A program made the position numbers and the translations under genes. The notes beneath the pieces are model-generated. The model was not told the origin of the DNA. It ran no database searches and saw nothing but the letters and a program-made list of their open reading frames with translations. A DNA stretch of 20,000 nt. Source: Mesotaenium endlicherianum. Taxonomy: Eukaryota. The stretch covers positions 130,429 through 150,428 of the forward strand of contig WELA01002782.1 of the NCBI GenBank assembly GCA_009602735.1, given 5' to 3'. Positions within the stretch are counted from its first letter, which is position 1; the number at the start of each line of letters is the position of its first letter. Shown piece by piece: positions 1-10,544 of the stretch.

Positions 1-451
1 CCGCGCATGCAGGTGGAGGAGGCATGCAGGTGGGAGAGGCAGAAGAGGCAGACAAGCCCAATGCAGCAGCAAGGTTACCTCAGAGGAGGCGAGCCAGGTG
101 GCGGCACCTGACGTGGGGCCGACAGACGGCGGAGGCCAACAGATGGCGGAGGCGAGGCCACTGCTGACACTGCGCACCCTTGGCCCCAGCTGGTCTGCGT
201 GTCCGACGACATCTGCACCTGTGGGCTGGCAAGAGTGGCTGTGGGTGGAGGGGCAGGCTGAGCTGGGGGTTGGTGACGCGCGTGCAATGCGTCTTACTGA
301 CAGCTGCGGGCGTACATGTGTTTTCTGTGGGGGGGAGGGAAGGGGGGTGGGGGTACAGAGAGTGAACACAAACGCTGACAGCATGGCCGAGCTGTTGGAG
401 GAGACAAGACGCTGCAAGAGAGAGATGGAGAGAGAGAGGGGGGAGAGGGGG

Positions 452-916
452 NNNNNNNNNNNNNNNNNNNNNNNNNNNNNNNNNNNNNNNNNNNNNNNNN
501 NNNNNNNNNNNNNNNNNNNNNNNNNNNNNNNNNNNNNNNNNNNNNNNNNNNNNNNNNNNNNNNNNNNNNNNNNNNNNNNNNNNNNNNNNNNNNNNNNNNN
601 NNNNNNNNNNNNNNNNNNNNNNNNNNNNNNNNNNNNNNNNNNNNNNNNNNNNNNNNNNNNNNNNNNNNNNNNNNNNNNNNNNNNNNNNNNNNNNNNNNNN
701 NNNNNNNNNNNNNNNNNNNNNNNNNNNNNNNNNNNNNNNNNNNNNNNNNNNNNNNNNNNNNNNNNNNNNNNNNNNNNNNNNNNNNNNNNNNNNNNNNNNN
801 NNNNNNNNNNNNNNNNNNNNNNNNNNNNNNNNNNNNNNNNNNNNNNNNNNNNNNNNNNNNNNNNNNNNNNNNNNNNNNNNNNNNNNNNNNNNNNNNNNNN
901 NNNNNNNNNNNNNNNN
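452..916. other. Assembly gap (N run)
   Basis: Continuous n characters, flanked by a GA-rich tract on the left and a CT-rich tract on the right. Confidence 0.99.
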
Positions 917-1617
917 TCCTTCCCTTGCAGCCTACCTCGCTCCCATCCTCTCCCCCTTCCTCTCCCCCACCCTCTTAGTCATCCTATCCCCATTCTCATT
1001 CCCCTCTACAATCCTTGCCCACTTGGCCTCCCTCCCCCAACTCTTGCTCATTATCCCTCCCTCCAATGCTACCTCCTTCCCTTGCAGCCTCCCTCGCTCT
1101 CTTCCTCTCCCTCGCTCTCTTCCTCCCCCTCTCTCTCGTTCCTTCCCACTCTTGCTCCCTCTCTATCTCTCTACTCCATATTCCTCCCCCCTCCGATGCT
1201 TTCCGCTCCCTCCGTCCACCCCTCGCTCCCTCTCTCGATTCAACCTCTTCCACCCTCCCCCTCCATGCTCTCTTGAATTCCGCACTCCGTCCTCTCTCCC
1301 TCCCTTGCTCCCTCCCTCCCTCCCTTCTTGCCACCTTTTCTTTTTTGCTTCCTCCTCACCTCCCTTCCTTCATCTCTCCCTCCCTTCTCCCCCCATCCTC
1401 TCTCTCCCTCTATCCCTTCCCAATCTCCCTCCCAATCTCCCTCGCCTCCCGTCGTCCCTCGCTTTTCCTTCTCCCTCGCTCACTCTGCCGCTCCTCTGTC
1501 GCTCCCCTAATCCCTGCTTGCTCCCTCACTCGGTCCCTCCAAACCTTCTTCGTTTTGCTCCGTCCCAACATCCCTCCATCTGTCGCTCCCTGCCTCTTAC
1601 CCAACCTCCCTCACTCT
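917..1617. repeat. CT-rich low-complexity polypyrimidine tract
   Basis: Almost entirely C/T. Contains an internal direct repeat TCCTTCCCTTGCAGCCT(A/C)CCTCGCTC at 917 and 1074. Confidence 0.9.
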
Positions 1618-1723
1618 CGGGTTTGGTGGCTACAATTGAATTTGTGCCTCTGCGCAGTGAACCAAAATCCATCAGCAACTACAAGGCTGCAAGCGAGCGT
1701 TATTGGTTTTGCAATTTCTTGAA

Positions 1724-1963
1724 GTTCCCGTTGTTGCAGCAAAACTGCCACATTGTACTAAAACATTCCAATCGCGTCAATCGATACGTTTTTCACACTC
1801 ACAAGTGGAAGAACCTCGACGCTCACGCACATAAAGAACGACGAAACGTTCCTGGACGGCACGCACGAGTGAAACAATTCTCGTCCGCTTAGTTCGGCGA
1901 ATCGACTCAGTTTGCTTAATAAGCGTACGAAGGTCGGTCAGTTCGGCGAACGGCATAACCCTG
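1724..1963 (-). mobile_element. Putative hAT-like DNA transposon terminus (copy 1)
   Basis: Minus strand begins CAGGGTTATGCCGTTCGCCGAAC (the Ac TIR starts C/TAGGG). Subterminal repeat GTTCGGCGAA at 1892 and 1941. About 240 bp is colinear with 12809-13051, and similarity stops exactly at ...AACCCTG. Confidence 0.55.
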
Positions 1964-2029
1964 AAACGGAGAACAGCAACCAGTAAGAGACAAAAGAATA
2001 TGCCAGTCAAACAAGCAGAAGAGCAACAA

Positions 2030-3095
2030 TAGGCAAGCAAGAGAGCAGGAAGCCCCAACAAAAGCAAGCAAGGGGTTGGAAGCATACCCCCACTAAAGCC
2101 CTAAACAGCAAGCAAAGGCAAGCTAGCCTGCCCCGACTATAACCCTAAGACAGCAAGCAAGCGACTGGCAGCCAGCCCTGACAAAAGAAAGCAAGGGGCT
2201 GACAACCAGCCCCGACAAAACTCAAAAGCAAGCTCGAGGCTAACAGCCAGCCCCGACAAAACTAAGCAAGGCGCTGGCAGCCCGCCCCCACTAAAACCCT
2301 AAACAGCAAGCAAAGGCAAGGCAACCCGCCCCGACTAAAACTCTAAGAGAGCAAGCAAGGGGCTGGGGGCTGACAACCAGCCCCGACAAAACTCAAAAGC
2401 AAGCTCGAGGCTAACAGCCAGCCTCGACAAAACTAAGCAAGGCGCTGGCAGCCCGCCCCCACTAAAACCCGAAACAGCAAGCAAAGGCAAGGCAGCCCGC
2501 CCCGACTAAAACTCTAAGAGAGCAAGCAAGGGACTGATAACCAGCCTCGACAAAACTCAAAAGCAAGCTCAGGGCTAACAACCAGCCCCGACAAAACTAA
2601 GCAAGGCGCTGGCAGCCCGCCCCCACTAAAACCCTAAATAGTAAGCAAAGGCAAGCCAGCCCGCCTCGACTAAAACCCTAAGAGAGCACGCAAGGGGCTG
2701 ACATCCAGCCTCGACAAAACTCAAAAGCAAGCTCGGGGCTAACAGCCAGTCCCGACAAAACTAAGCAAGGCGCTGGCAGCCTGCCCCCACTAAAACCCTA
2801 AACAGCAAGCAAAGGCAAACCAGCCCGCCCCGACTAAAACCCTAAGACAGCAGGCAAGGGACTGGCAGCCAGCCCTGACAAAAGCAAGCAAGGGGCTGAG
2901 AACCAGCCCCGACAAGACTCAACAGCAAGCTCGGGGCTAACAGCCAGCCCCACAAAACCAAGCAAGGGGCTAGCAGCTCGCCCTGACAAGAGCATGCAAG
3001 GGGCTGCTGCAGCAAAGCAGCGGCCAGCCCGCCCCGACCAGAGCATGCAAGGGGCGGCTGCAGCACAAAAGACAGACTGCCCCGACCAAAGCACG
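2030..3095. repeat. Hairpin minisatellite array with ~164-bp higher-order repeat (4 subunits of 35-44 bp)
   Basis: Core AGCAAG(G)GGCTGGCAGCCAGCCCC variants. The marker CTCAAAAGCAAGCTC recurs at 2221, 2392, 2556 and 2720, with a variant at 2918 (spacings 171, 164, 164, 198). Confidence 0.92.
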
Positions 3096-3254
3096 AGACT
3101 AATGCGCAGGGGAGGGGGGGGAGACCTGAAACACTTGTTGGAGATTGGTTGCGTGTGGATTGGCGCAAGGCCTGCCGACTCGCTCGTTTTGAAGTTGGGC
3201 TGCTTCACACATAAGAGAAGGGACAATTTACACACATATAAGATAGACAATAGC

Positions 3255-3800
3255 ACACCAGCAAGGGCACGGTGCTGCAGCCAGACAGCCCCAACCAAAA
3301 CAAGCAAACGGCAACTGTAGCACAGCAGCAGCCAGACAGCATGCCAGACAGCCCCACTCAAAAAAGCAAGGGGCGAGCGGACGCCACTACCAGTAAGAAC
3401 AGGGCAAAGAGGGAGAAGGGAGATAGGGAAGGGCATGGCACCTGATGCACGTGCCGGAAGACGTGTGGCACCAATGAGGGGTGAGTCTGGTAGCTTCTTT
3501 TTCACGCCTTCCTCACTGACACAAGACACACAGAAGCGCATAGCGTCGTCAAAACAGAAGCAGCAACCCCAATCAAGCAAGCAAGGGGCGAGCTGCTGCA
3601 GCACCACAGCAGCCAGACAGCATGCACCAGACAGCATTCAAAGGGCGGCTGCTGCAGCCAGACAGCAGGTAGGCAGCCTGTCCCACCAACAGCAAATAAG
3701 GGGCTGGCAGCCAGTCCCAACACAAGCAAGCAAGGGGTTGGCAGCCCCCACATAAGAAAGCAAGGGGCTGGCAGCCAGCCCCGACCACAGCAAACAAGGG
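3255..3800. repeat. Degenerate copies of the same minisatellite in two short blocks (~3255-3390, ~3570-3800)
   Basis: Repeated CAGCCAGACAGC and AAGCAAGGGGCTGGCAGCCAGCCCC motifs, separated by a unique segment at ~3440-3520. Confidence 0.7.
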
Positions 3801-4177
3801 GCACGAGAGAGAACGGGGAAGAGGAAGGAGGTTTAAGGCACCTGTCCACGGGTCAATGTCGCTCACGCGTTAATGGGCACACGTGGGGTAGGCACAAGGG
3901 GGGTCTACTCGCTCCTTATTGTCTTGCCTTGCTTCACAAAAGACAAAAAAGGAGACAAAGCTGTAAAAAGATGCAACAGACAGCTAGCCCTAATCTACAG
4001 GACACAAACACGCAAGCACGAGGGAGAAAGTTCACAATCAGCAGAACAACAAATGTGCAATGGGTGCACAAAAACAGCAGCCCAGTTAGAAAAGGAAGGA
4101 AGCAAGAATGAACAACACAAGCACAGCAGGTTGCAGATAGAGCTGGTGCAAATGTGGACTAAAATCTCAAAATTGTA

Positions 4178-4401
4178 AGCAAGGGGATGCCAGCCAGCCC
4201 CGTGAAAATCGAGCAAGGGGTTGGCAGCCCACCCCCACTAAAACCCTGAAACAGCAAGCAAGGGGCTAGCTGCCAGCCTCGACAGAAGCAAGCAAAGGGG
4301 CACAACAGCAGCCAGCCCCAATAAAAACCCTGACTTAACAAGCAAGAGGCTGGCAGCCCACCCCGACTTAAACCCATTGCAAGCAAGGGGCTGGCAGCCA
4401 G
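4178..4401. repeat. Minisatellite block, left part of the array split by the retrotransposon
   Basis: About 6 monomers. The last monomer GGGGCTGGCAGCCAG is cut at 4401 and resumes as GCCAGCCCC at 10545. Confidence 0.9.
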
Positions 4402-5145
4402 TGAAAGGGGCAGAGTGCCCTAGTGGAAGCGTAGTGACTCACGAGGAAAGGAACTAGTTGCCATCATACTAGAGAGTGCAGCGGCATATCACTAACAAAA
4501 CTTAGGAAAATTACTCAACATGTTGAGTAGCAGGAAACTGCTCACAAATGATGTAGGATGAAAGGCCTTGTCATTACAAACCCGTAGAAATTTACAGAAG
4601 TGAAAACTGATAAGAAACAAAGAAGTTATGCCTATTTATAATTTTCTGCCTAAGTTCTCCTCCCTAGGAGGAAGCTACGGATTTTCCTAAGTGTTCGTCA
4701 AATCGTCCCTTCCAGAATATTCGTGAGTAAGCCAGATCAGTCTAATCTGACGTGTCGGGCCGAATTGACGTCCACATACATGCATCGACATTACTAGAAT
4801 ATTCTATCTTAGACGCGCTAGGCTAAACCGAAACTTCTAGGTAAATCGACCTAGTCGGCACTCCGCGTCAGCCGAACTTACGTGAAGGTTCGAGTTCATT
4901 CTAACGGGCCAGATCGCTCGACGCTGTCGGTCAATCCGACGGTCGCGCTCACCGCGAATTAAGGACAGTCGTCAACCGACCTCAAAACTAATTAAACTTC
5001 GGAAATCCATAACTCTCTCAATACTTGACCAAATTCGATGAACTTTATATCAAAATGACCACAAAAATGCACTCTACACTACTATACAATCAAAACATAC
5101 TTTCATGATACTCAAAAATGCACTTCATAAACCTATGACCTTACA
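4402..5145 (-). repeat. 3' LTR of the chromovirus
   Basis: Minus strand reads TGTAAGGTCATAGG...GCCCCTTTCA. Near-identical to 9801-10544 and directly preceded by the PPT. Confidence 0.97.
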
Positions 5146-8100
5146 TCATCCCCCTTCTCAAGATGCGACGTCCTCGACGCATTCTGCAGATAACGTCTCA
5201 ACTTACTCTTACAATGAGTCAAGTTGGCCTCTGGCTCCCAAGTGTTGTCGTCCGCATGGTAGCCTTTCCACTTGACCAGATACTCTTGGACAACTCGTTG
5301 ACCTCGCTTGACTCGTCGATCGCCGACAATCGCCTCCACTTCATACTCCAATACATCATCGATCTCGACCGGTGGTGGCGGTGTAGGTAGTCGTCCTGGA
5401 TGTCCTTCATTCGGGTCAACGTATGGCCGTAGACAACTGACATGGAACACATCATGGATACGCCATCCTGGAGGAAGTTCCAACTTGTAGGTCACTAGAT
5501 TCACCTGCTTGAGCACTTCAAAGGGACCTGTAAACCGTGCCCGCAGTTTCCTCTTGCCTGTGAAAGGTAGGTTCTCTGTGGACAAGAGTACTTTGTCGCC
5601 CACTTGGAATGTCACTTCCCTCCTGTGCTTGTTAGCATGCTTGACCTGCTCTTGTTGTGCCTTCCGAATACACGTCTTCGCCATATCCCAAGTCTTGGCC
5701 ATCTGCTCCATAAAAGCTTGTGTAGTAGGAACCTGAGTCTCCTTGGCCTTCTCCAACAAGATGTTCCCTGGATGATATACTTCTCTCCCATAAACCATAG
5801 CGAATGGTGACTGCTTGGTCGATCCCTGCATGCTGTTGTTGTAGGCAAACTCCAACCCTGGTAGCTTCTTGTCCCACTCTGAAGGGTCTTCCATAGTGAA
5901 ACTCCTGAGCACCTCTTGCAGAGTTCTGTTGAGCCTCTCACTCTGCCCATCTGTCTGAGGGTGATAGGAAGTGCTCATACTCAGCTTGGTCCCCATCAAA
6001 GTAAACAATGACCGCCAAAAGTTGCTAGTAAACCTTGGATCTCGATCTGAAACAATCACCTTCGGCAACCCATGTAGCCTAAAAATATGATCAAAGAATA
6101 GCCGTGCCACATCTGCTGCCGTAGAAGTCTCCTTCATGGGAATGAAGTGAGCCATCTTGCTGAGTCTGTCAGACACTACCCATACTGCATCGTGCCCTTG
6201 ACCACTGACTGGTAACGATGTGATGAAGTCCATAGCAATCTGCTCCCAAGGATACTCTGGAATAGGCAGGGGTCGCAATGTACCTCCCTTCTTTTGATTT
6301 GGTGTCTTGTTTCTCTGGCACGCATCGCAACTCCTGATCCACTCCTCGATGTCCTTGTCCATATTTCTCCAGTAATATTCCCGCTTCAGCACGCTTGCCG
6401 TCTTCTCGCTTCCAAAGTGTCCAGCATATAAGCAGTCATGATGCTCCGTAAGTAGTAAGTCTCGTAGCTCCTTGATGTCAGGTACCACCACTCTCTTGGA
6501 ATCACCATAATACCATATGCCGTCCTTCTTCTGCATACTCGAGTTGAACTCAGCTGCTCCACCATCAGCAAACTCTGGGTCCTCCTCATAACCTCTCTGA
6601 AGCTTCTCCTTGAAGTCCATATTCTCCTTGATGACTGAGACAGCTGCAAGGTCACACCTCCTGGATAAAGCGTCTGCAGGGTTGATCTTCCCAGGTAAGT
6701 ACTCAATCTTGTGGTCGAACTGTTGCAGAAACTCCATCCACCTTGCCTGTCTTGGTGTCAACGTTGGCTGCGTCATAAACTTCTCCAAGCTCTTGTGGTC
6801 GGTCTTGATGAACACCTTCCGGCCGTCCACATAACATCGCCAAATCCTCAAAGCCTGGATAATAGCCAACATCTCTCGCTCGTGTGCTGCATAGTTCTGC
6901 TCCGCAGGACTCAACTTCCTGCTCTCATATGCCACAGGCTGCAATCCTTTGCCCTGGTCCTGGAGAAGAATGGCTCCCACTGCAAAGTTTGATGCGTCCG
7001 TGATGATGGTGAAAGGAAGCTCTGGACTGGCAATTGCCAACACAGGTGCCTGTGTTAACAGCTCCTTAATCTTCTCGAAGGCTTGCTGCTCCTTGTCACC
7101 CCATAGCCACTTCTCCTGCTTCTTCAACATGTCCGTGAGCGGTGCACACACCTTGGCAAATCCTTCAATGAAACGTCGATAATAATTCGCCATGCCGAGG
7201 AAACTCCTGAGTTGATGAATATCAGCAGGTACCGGCCAATCTCTGACTGCTTGCACCTTCTTCTGCTCCACCTTGACTCCTTCAGCTCCCACTATGTGTC
7301 CAAGAAACTCGACCTCCTTGAGACAGAAGTCGCACTTGCTCATCTTCCCATACAGCTTTTGATCTCTCAAGACCTCCAACACCTTCCTCAGATGCCCCAC
7401 ATGCTCCTCCAAGGTCTTCGAATAGATCAGGATGTCGTCCAAAAATACCACCACAAACTGGTCCAAGTAGGGTCTGAAGATACTATTCATGAGTCCCATG
7501 AATGTAGCAGGTGCATTAGTCAATCCAAAAGGCATGACTGTGAACTCGAACAAACCATAGCGAGTTCTGAAAGCAGTCTTCTGAACGTCTCCTTCCGCAA
7601 TCCGTACCTGGTGATAGCCACTCCTCAAATCGATCTTCGAGAAATACTTCGCCCCGACAAGCCTGTCAATCAACTCGTCCACTCGTGGAAGTGGGTACCT
7701 GTTCTTGATGGTGACCTTGTTGAGTGCCCGGTAGTCGACACACATCCTCATAGTCCCATCCTTCTTCTTCACAAATAAGACTGGCGCTGCAAATGGAGAC
7801 TCGCTGGGTCGGATGAATCCCTTCTCCAATAACTCCGTCAGTTGCTTCTTTAACTCATCCAACTCCGCAAACGATTGTCGATAGGCGGGTCTCACTGGTG
7901 GCTTGCTCCCTGGTTCCAACTCAATCTTGTGCTCCATAGCTCTCTGTGGAGGTAATCCTGTAGGTAGTTCCTCAGGAAACACGCACTTGAACTCCTCCAA
8001 CAGCGCCTTAATTTGGGCAGGCATCTCAGCAGGCTTCTTCTCTTGAGCAGTTGGGCTCTGCTCCTTCTGAGCAAGGGGATCAGACACCACTACTTGCTCC

Positions 8101-8816
8101 TCCGGCGATGTACATTCGCCCAGGCTGTTAGGATTCACGCTTGCTCCATCTGATGACCTGGCCAGGGCCACCGAAACAAGGTACATCTCCTTCACCTGAT
8201 TCGCCCTGCATAGCTTCTTAACTTGCAGGCTCGACAGAAGACAGTTACTTGTGGTCGTATCTACCTCCACCTGTTTCGCTGTCTCCATTCGACCATCACG
8301 CCCTTGGACTTTCACTTGTCCTGTGCTCCAGTGCACTTGAGGGTTGGCTTTCCTCAGCCATGGTCGGCCCAATATCACCTCATGGTGACCCAACTCTGCC
8401 TGCTCCATAACTTCCTTACTCCGGTGCCCCGCTACTTCCACGTGAATAGCTTCCGTAGGTGCACCACACTTGAGTCTCTGCCCATTTGCCAAAATTGCCT
8501 CCTTAGGCTCATAATGCTTCTGCACAGGGACTCGCCACTCTTTCACCAGCTTCTTGTGCACAAAGTTTGCACTTGCGCCACTGTCGACCATACACTTCGC
8601 ATTGTTGCCGTCGACCACTCCTTCCACGATGATAGGCTTGTCAACGTCTCGTCCTTTGCTTCTCGGCAGGCTCCTGGGGATAACCTCCTTGTGAGTTCTC
8701 GTCTTCACGCCAGTAGACACCCCAGAACGACTTACTGGCGTCCTCCTTTTTCCTGCTGTTGAGGTTGCTTCGCCTTCACATGACAGTCTCGAGCCAGATG
8801 TCCAAGCTTGCCGCAA
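5133..8816 (-). CDS. pol: Pol polyprotein (aspartic protease, reverse transcriptase, RNase H, integrase, chromodomain); probably entered by a -1 frameshift near 8750
   Basis: Protease [16 protein letters not shown] and [10 protein letters not shown]; RNase [11 protein letters not shown]; integrase [33 protein letters not shown] motif RFTGPF; chromodomain [20 protein letters not shown]. Confidence 0.97.
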   Translation of the reverse strand: MRQAWTSGSRLSCEGEATSTAGKRRTPVSRSGVSTGVKTRTHKEVIPRSLPRSKGRDVDKPIIVEGVVDGNNAKCMVDSGASANFVHKKLVKEWRVPVQKHYEPKEAILANGQRLKCGAPTEAIHVEVAGHRSKEVMEQAELGHHEVILGRPWLRKANPQVHWSTGQVKVQGRDGRMETAKQVEVDTTTSNCLLSSLQVKKLCRANQVKEMYLVSVALARSSDGASVNPNSLGECTSPEEQVVVSDPLAQKEQSPTAQEKKPAEMPAQIKALLEEFKCVFPEELPTGLPPQRAMEHKIELEPGSKPPVRPAYRQSFAELDELKKQLTELLEKGFIRPSESPFAAPVLFVKKKDGTMRMCVDYRALNKVTIKNRYPLPRVDELIDRLVGAKYFSKIDLRSGYHQVRIAEGDVQKTAFRTRYGLFEFTVMPFGLTNAPATFMGLMNSIFRPYLDQFVVVFLDDILIYSKTLEEHVGHLRKVLEVLRDQKLYGKMSKCDFCLKEVEFLGHIVGAEGVKVEQKKVQAVRDWPVPADIHQLRSFLGMANYYRRFIEGFAKVCAPLTDMLKKQEKWLWGDKEQQAFEKIKELLTQAPVLAIASPELPFTIITDASNFAVGAILLQDQGKGLQPVAYESRKLSPAEQNYAAHEREMLAIIQALRIWRCYVDGRKVFIKTDHKSLEKFMTQPTLTPRQARWMEFLQQFDHKIEYLPGKINPADALSRRCDLAAVSVIKENMDFKEKLQRGYEEDPEFADGGAAEFNSSMQKKDGIWYYGDSKRVVVPDIKELRDLLLTEHHDCLYAGHFGSEKTASVLKREYYWRNMDKDIEEWIRSCDACQRNKTPNQKKGGTLRPLPIPEYPWEQIAMDFITSLPVSGQGHDAVWVVSDRLSKMAHFIPMKETSTAADVARLFFDHIFRLHGLPKVIVSDRDPRFTSNFWRSLFTLMGTKLSMSTSYHPQTDGQSERLNRTLQEVLRSFTMEDPSEWDKKLPGLEFAYNNSMQGSTKQSPFAMVYGREVYHPGNILLEKAKETQVPTTQAFMEQMAKTWDMAKTCIRKAQQEQVKHANKHRREVTFQVGDKVLLSTENLPFTGKRKLRARFTGPFEVLKQVNLVTYKLELPPGWRIHDVFHVSCLRPYVDPNEGHPGRLPTPPPPVEIDDVLEYEVEAIVGDRRVKRGQRVVQEYLVKWKGYHADDNTWEPEANLTHCKSKLRRYLQNASRTSHLEKGDDVRS
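5146..5159 (-). promoter_or_regulatory. Polypurine tract (PPT)
   Basis: GAGAAGGGGGATGA immediately 5' of the 3' LTR TG. Confidence 0.92.
8695..8753 (-). promoter_or_regulatory. Putative -1 ribosomal frameshift signal (slippery heptamer plus stem-loop or pseudoknot)
   Basis: G GAA AAA (8753-8747) in the gag frame, a 5-nt spacer, then a perfect 9-bp stem ACGCCAGTA/TACTGGCGT (8741-8733 and 8715-8707). pol is in the -1 frame relative to gag. Confidence 0.75.
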
Positions 8817-9763
8817 CTATAGCACGGTCCTCTCGGCTTGAAATTCTGCTGCCTGCGCTGGTACTGCACAAGTCCCAACTCCATGGGTACTGGACCTTGA
8901 ACACTCGTGCTTGGCGCTTGAGATCCAAAGTGTCGATATCCTCCAAAGTTGTGGCTGCCCCACTGCCTCTGACTATACTCCACAGCGTCGACCCTTGTTG
9001 CCAATGCCATCATTTCTCCAAGACTGGTAGGGTCCTTGAGCGCCACTTCCTTGGCCACAGTTGGCTTGAGTCCCCTCTTGAACTTGTCCATCATCTCCGA
9101 CTCGTGCATGGATGGACATTGAAGCACCAGCTCGTTGAAGCGCGATACATACTCTTGAACGCTTGCTCGTTGACGAAGGCGCACCAATAGATCTCGAGCG
9201 GTAGCCTCGGGTGCAATAGGTTGAAATTGCCTCTTCAAGCCTTCAAATAGCTGATCAACAGTAGCAGGAACTCCAGACAGCTGCTCTTCTCGTTCATACC
9301 AAGCTCCAGCACTCTTCTGCAGCAAAGTTATGACAAAGGCGACTTGCCTGTCGGGCGTGAGCGCAGAATACTCCATAAACTTCTTCACTCCAAAAATCCA
9401 TTGATGAACAGGCGGCGATCCACGCTCTCCAGTATAAACTTCAGGCTTAGGCGCACGCACTCCTGATGCGGGTGGAATAACTGGTTGCACCACTGGGTTA
9501 ACATGAATCGGTGGTACAACAGGTGCAGGTGCCGAACTCGTCGAAGCGGCGTTCCCCATAACAACTCGCACCATTCTCTCCACCTCCGCGCGCATATTTT
9601 GTTGAAACTGGGTGTAGACTTCTCCTCCAATTGCATTTGCCATTTGTCTTAGCATCGCCTGCATCTCTTGTTGCTCTCTGGTCATTGTTGGTGCTGCCTG
9701 CTGCCCCGCGCGCTCAACATGCTCGACATGTTCGCCTCCTCCAGCTGCCGGCTGCGACTCCAT
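8732..9763 (-). CDS. gag: Gag protein (retrotransposon gag capsid domain plus CCHC zinc knuckle)
   Basis: 343-aa ATG-initiated ORF just after the PBS. Contains [20 protein letters not shown], the PVPMELG motif and the knuckle [14 protein letters not shown]. Confidence 0.96.
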   Translation of the reverse strand: MESQPAAGGGEHVEHVERAGQQAAPTMTREQQEMQAMLRQMANAIGGEVYTQFQQNMRAEVERMVRVVMGNAASTSSAPAPVVPPIHVNPVVQPVIPPASGVRAPKPEVYTGERGSPPVHQWIFGVKKFMEYSALTPDRQVAFVITLLQKSAGAWYEREEQLSGVPATVDQLFEGLKRQFQPIAPEATARDLLVRLRQRASVQEYVSRFNELVLQCPSMHESEMMDKFKRGLKPTVAKEVALKDPTSLGEMMALATRVDAVEYSQRQWGSHNFGGYRHFGSQAPSTSVQGPVPMELGLVQYQRRQQNFKPRGPCYSCGKLGHLARDCHVKAKQPQQQEKGGRQ

Positions 9764-9786
9764 AATATAATATGCAAACTAGCCCT

Positions 9787-9798
9787 GCTCCGATACCA
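9787..9798 (-). promoter_or_regulatory. Primer binding site, initiator tRNA-Met type
   Basis: TGGTATCGGAGC begins 2 nt after the 5' LTR CA. The canonical plant iMet PBS is TGGTATCAGAGC. Confidence 0.88.
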
Positions 9799-9800
9799 GA

Positions 9801-10544
9801 TGAAAGGGGCAGAGTGCCCTAGTGGAAGCGTAGTGACTCACGAGGAAAGGAACTAGTTGCCATCATACTAGAGAGTGCAGCGGCATATCACTAACAAAGC
9901 TTAGGAAAATTACTCAACATTTTGAGTAGCAGGAAACTGCTCACAAATGATGTAGGATGAAAGGCCTTGTCATTACAAACCCGTAGAAATTTACAGAAGT
10001 GAAAACTGATAAGAAACAAAGAAGTTATGCCTATTTATAATTTTCTGCCTAAGTGCTCCTCCCTAGGAGGAAGCTACGGATTTTCCTAAGTGTTCGTCAA
10101 ATCGTCCCTTCCAGAATATTCGTGAGTAAGCCAGATCAGTCTAATCTGACGTGTCGGGCCGAATTGACGTCCACATACATGCATCGACATTACTAGAATA
10201 TTCTATCTTAGACGCGCTAGGCTAAACCGAAACTTCTAGGTAAATCGACCTAGTCGGCACTCCGCGTCAGCCGAACTTACGTGAAGGTTCGAGTTCATTC
10301 TAACGGGCCAGATCGCTCGACGCTGTCGGTCAATCCGACGGTCGCGCTCACCGCGAATTAAGGACAGTCGTCAACCGACCTCAAAACTAATTAAACTTCG
10401 GAAATCCATAACTCTCTCAATACTTGACCAAATTCGATGAACTTTATATCAAAATGACCACAAAAATGCATTCTACACTACTATACAATCAAAACATACT
10501 TTCATGATAATCAAAAATGCACTTCATAAACCTATGACCTTACA
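9801..10544 (-). repeat. 5' LTR of the chromovirus
   Basis: 744 bp, TG..CA termini, followed by the PBS. Five substitutions versus the 3' LTR were seen by eye. Confidence 0.97.
10032..10039 (-). promoter_or_regulatory. Candidate LTR TATA box
   Basis: TATAAATA in element orientation, conserved in all three family-1 LTRs (4633-4640, 10032-10039, 15294-15301). Confidence 0.55.

Larger units (their letters stand above)
4402..10544 (-). mobile_element. Full-length Ty3/gypsy LTR retrotransposon, chromovirus
   Basis: Two 744-bp TG..CA LTRs, 5-bp TSD GCCAG (4397-4401 and 10545-10549), PBS, PPT, intact gag, and pol with domain order PR-RT-RH-INT-chromodomain. Confidence 0.98.

Noticed and set aside
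1..410. Minus-strand exon(s) near the window start (donor-like AG|GTAACC at ~78)
   Set aside because: There is no clear acceptor or recognisable protein, and the context is cut by the window edge and the gap, so the call cannot be supported.
98..1892. Long Pro/Ser/Leu-rich ORFs
   Set aside because: Artefacts of the N gap and the CT low-complexity tract.
2292..2803. True telomere or interstitial telomeric array
   Set aside because: Only isolated ~1.5-unit motifs inside satellite monomers, with no tandem (CCCTAAA)n run.
5163..9190. Antisense and alternate-frame ORFs within gag-pol
   Set aside because: Shadow ORFs of a long coding region with no recognisable motifs.
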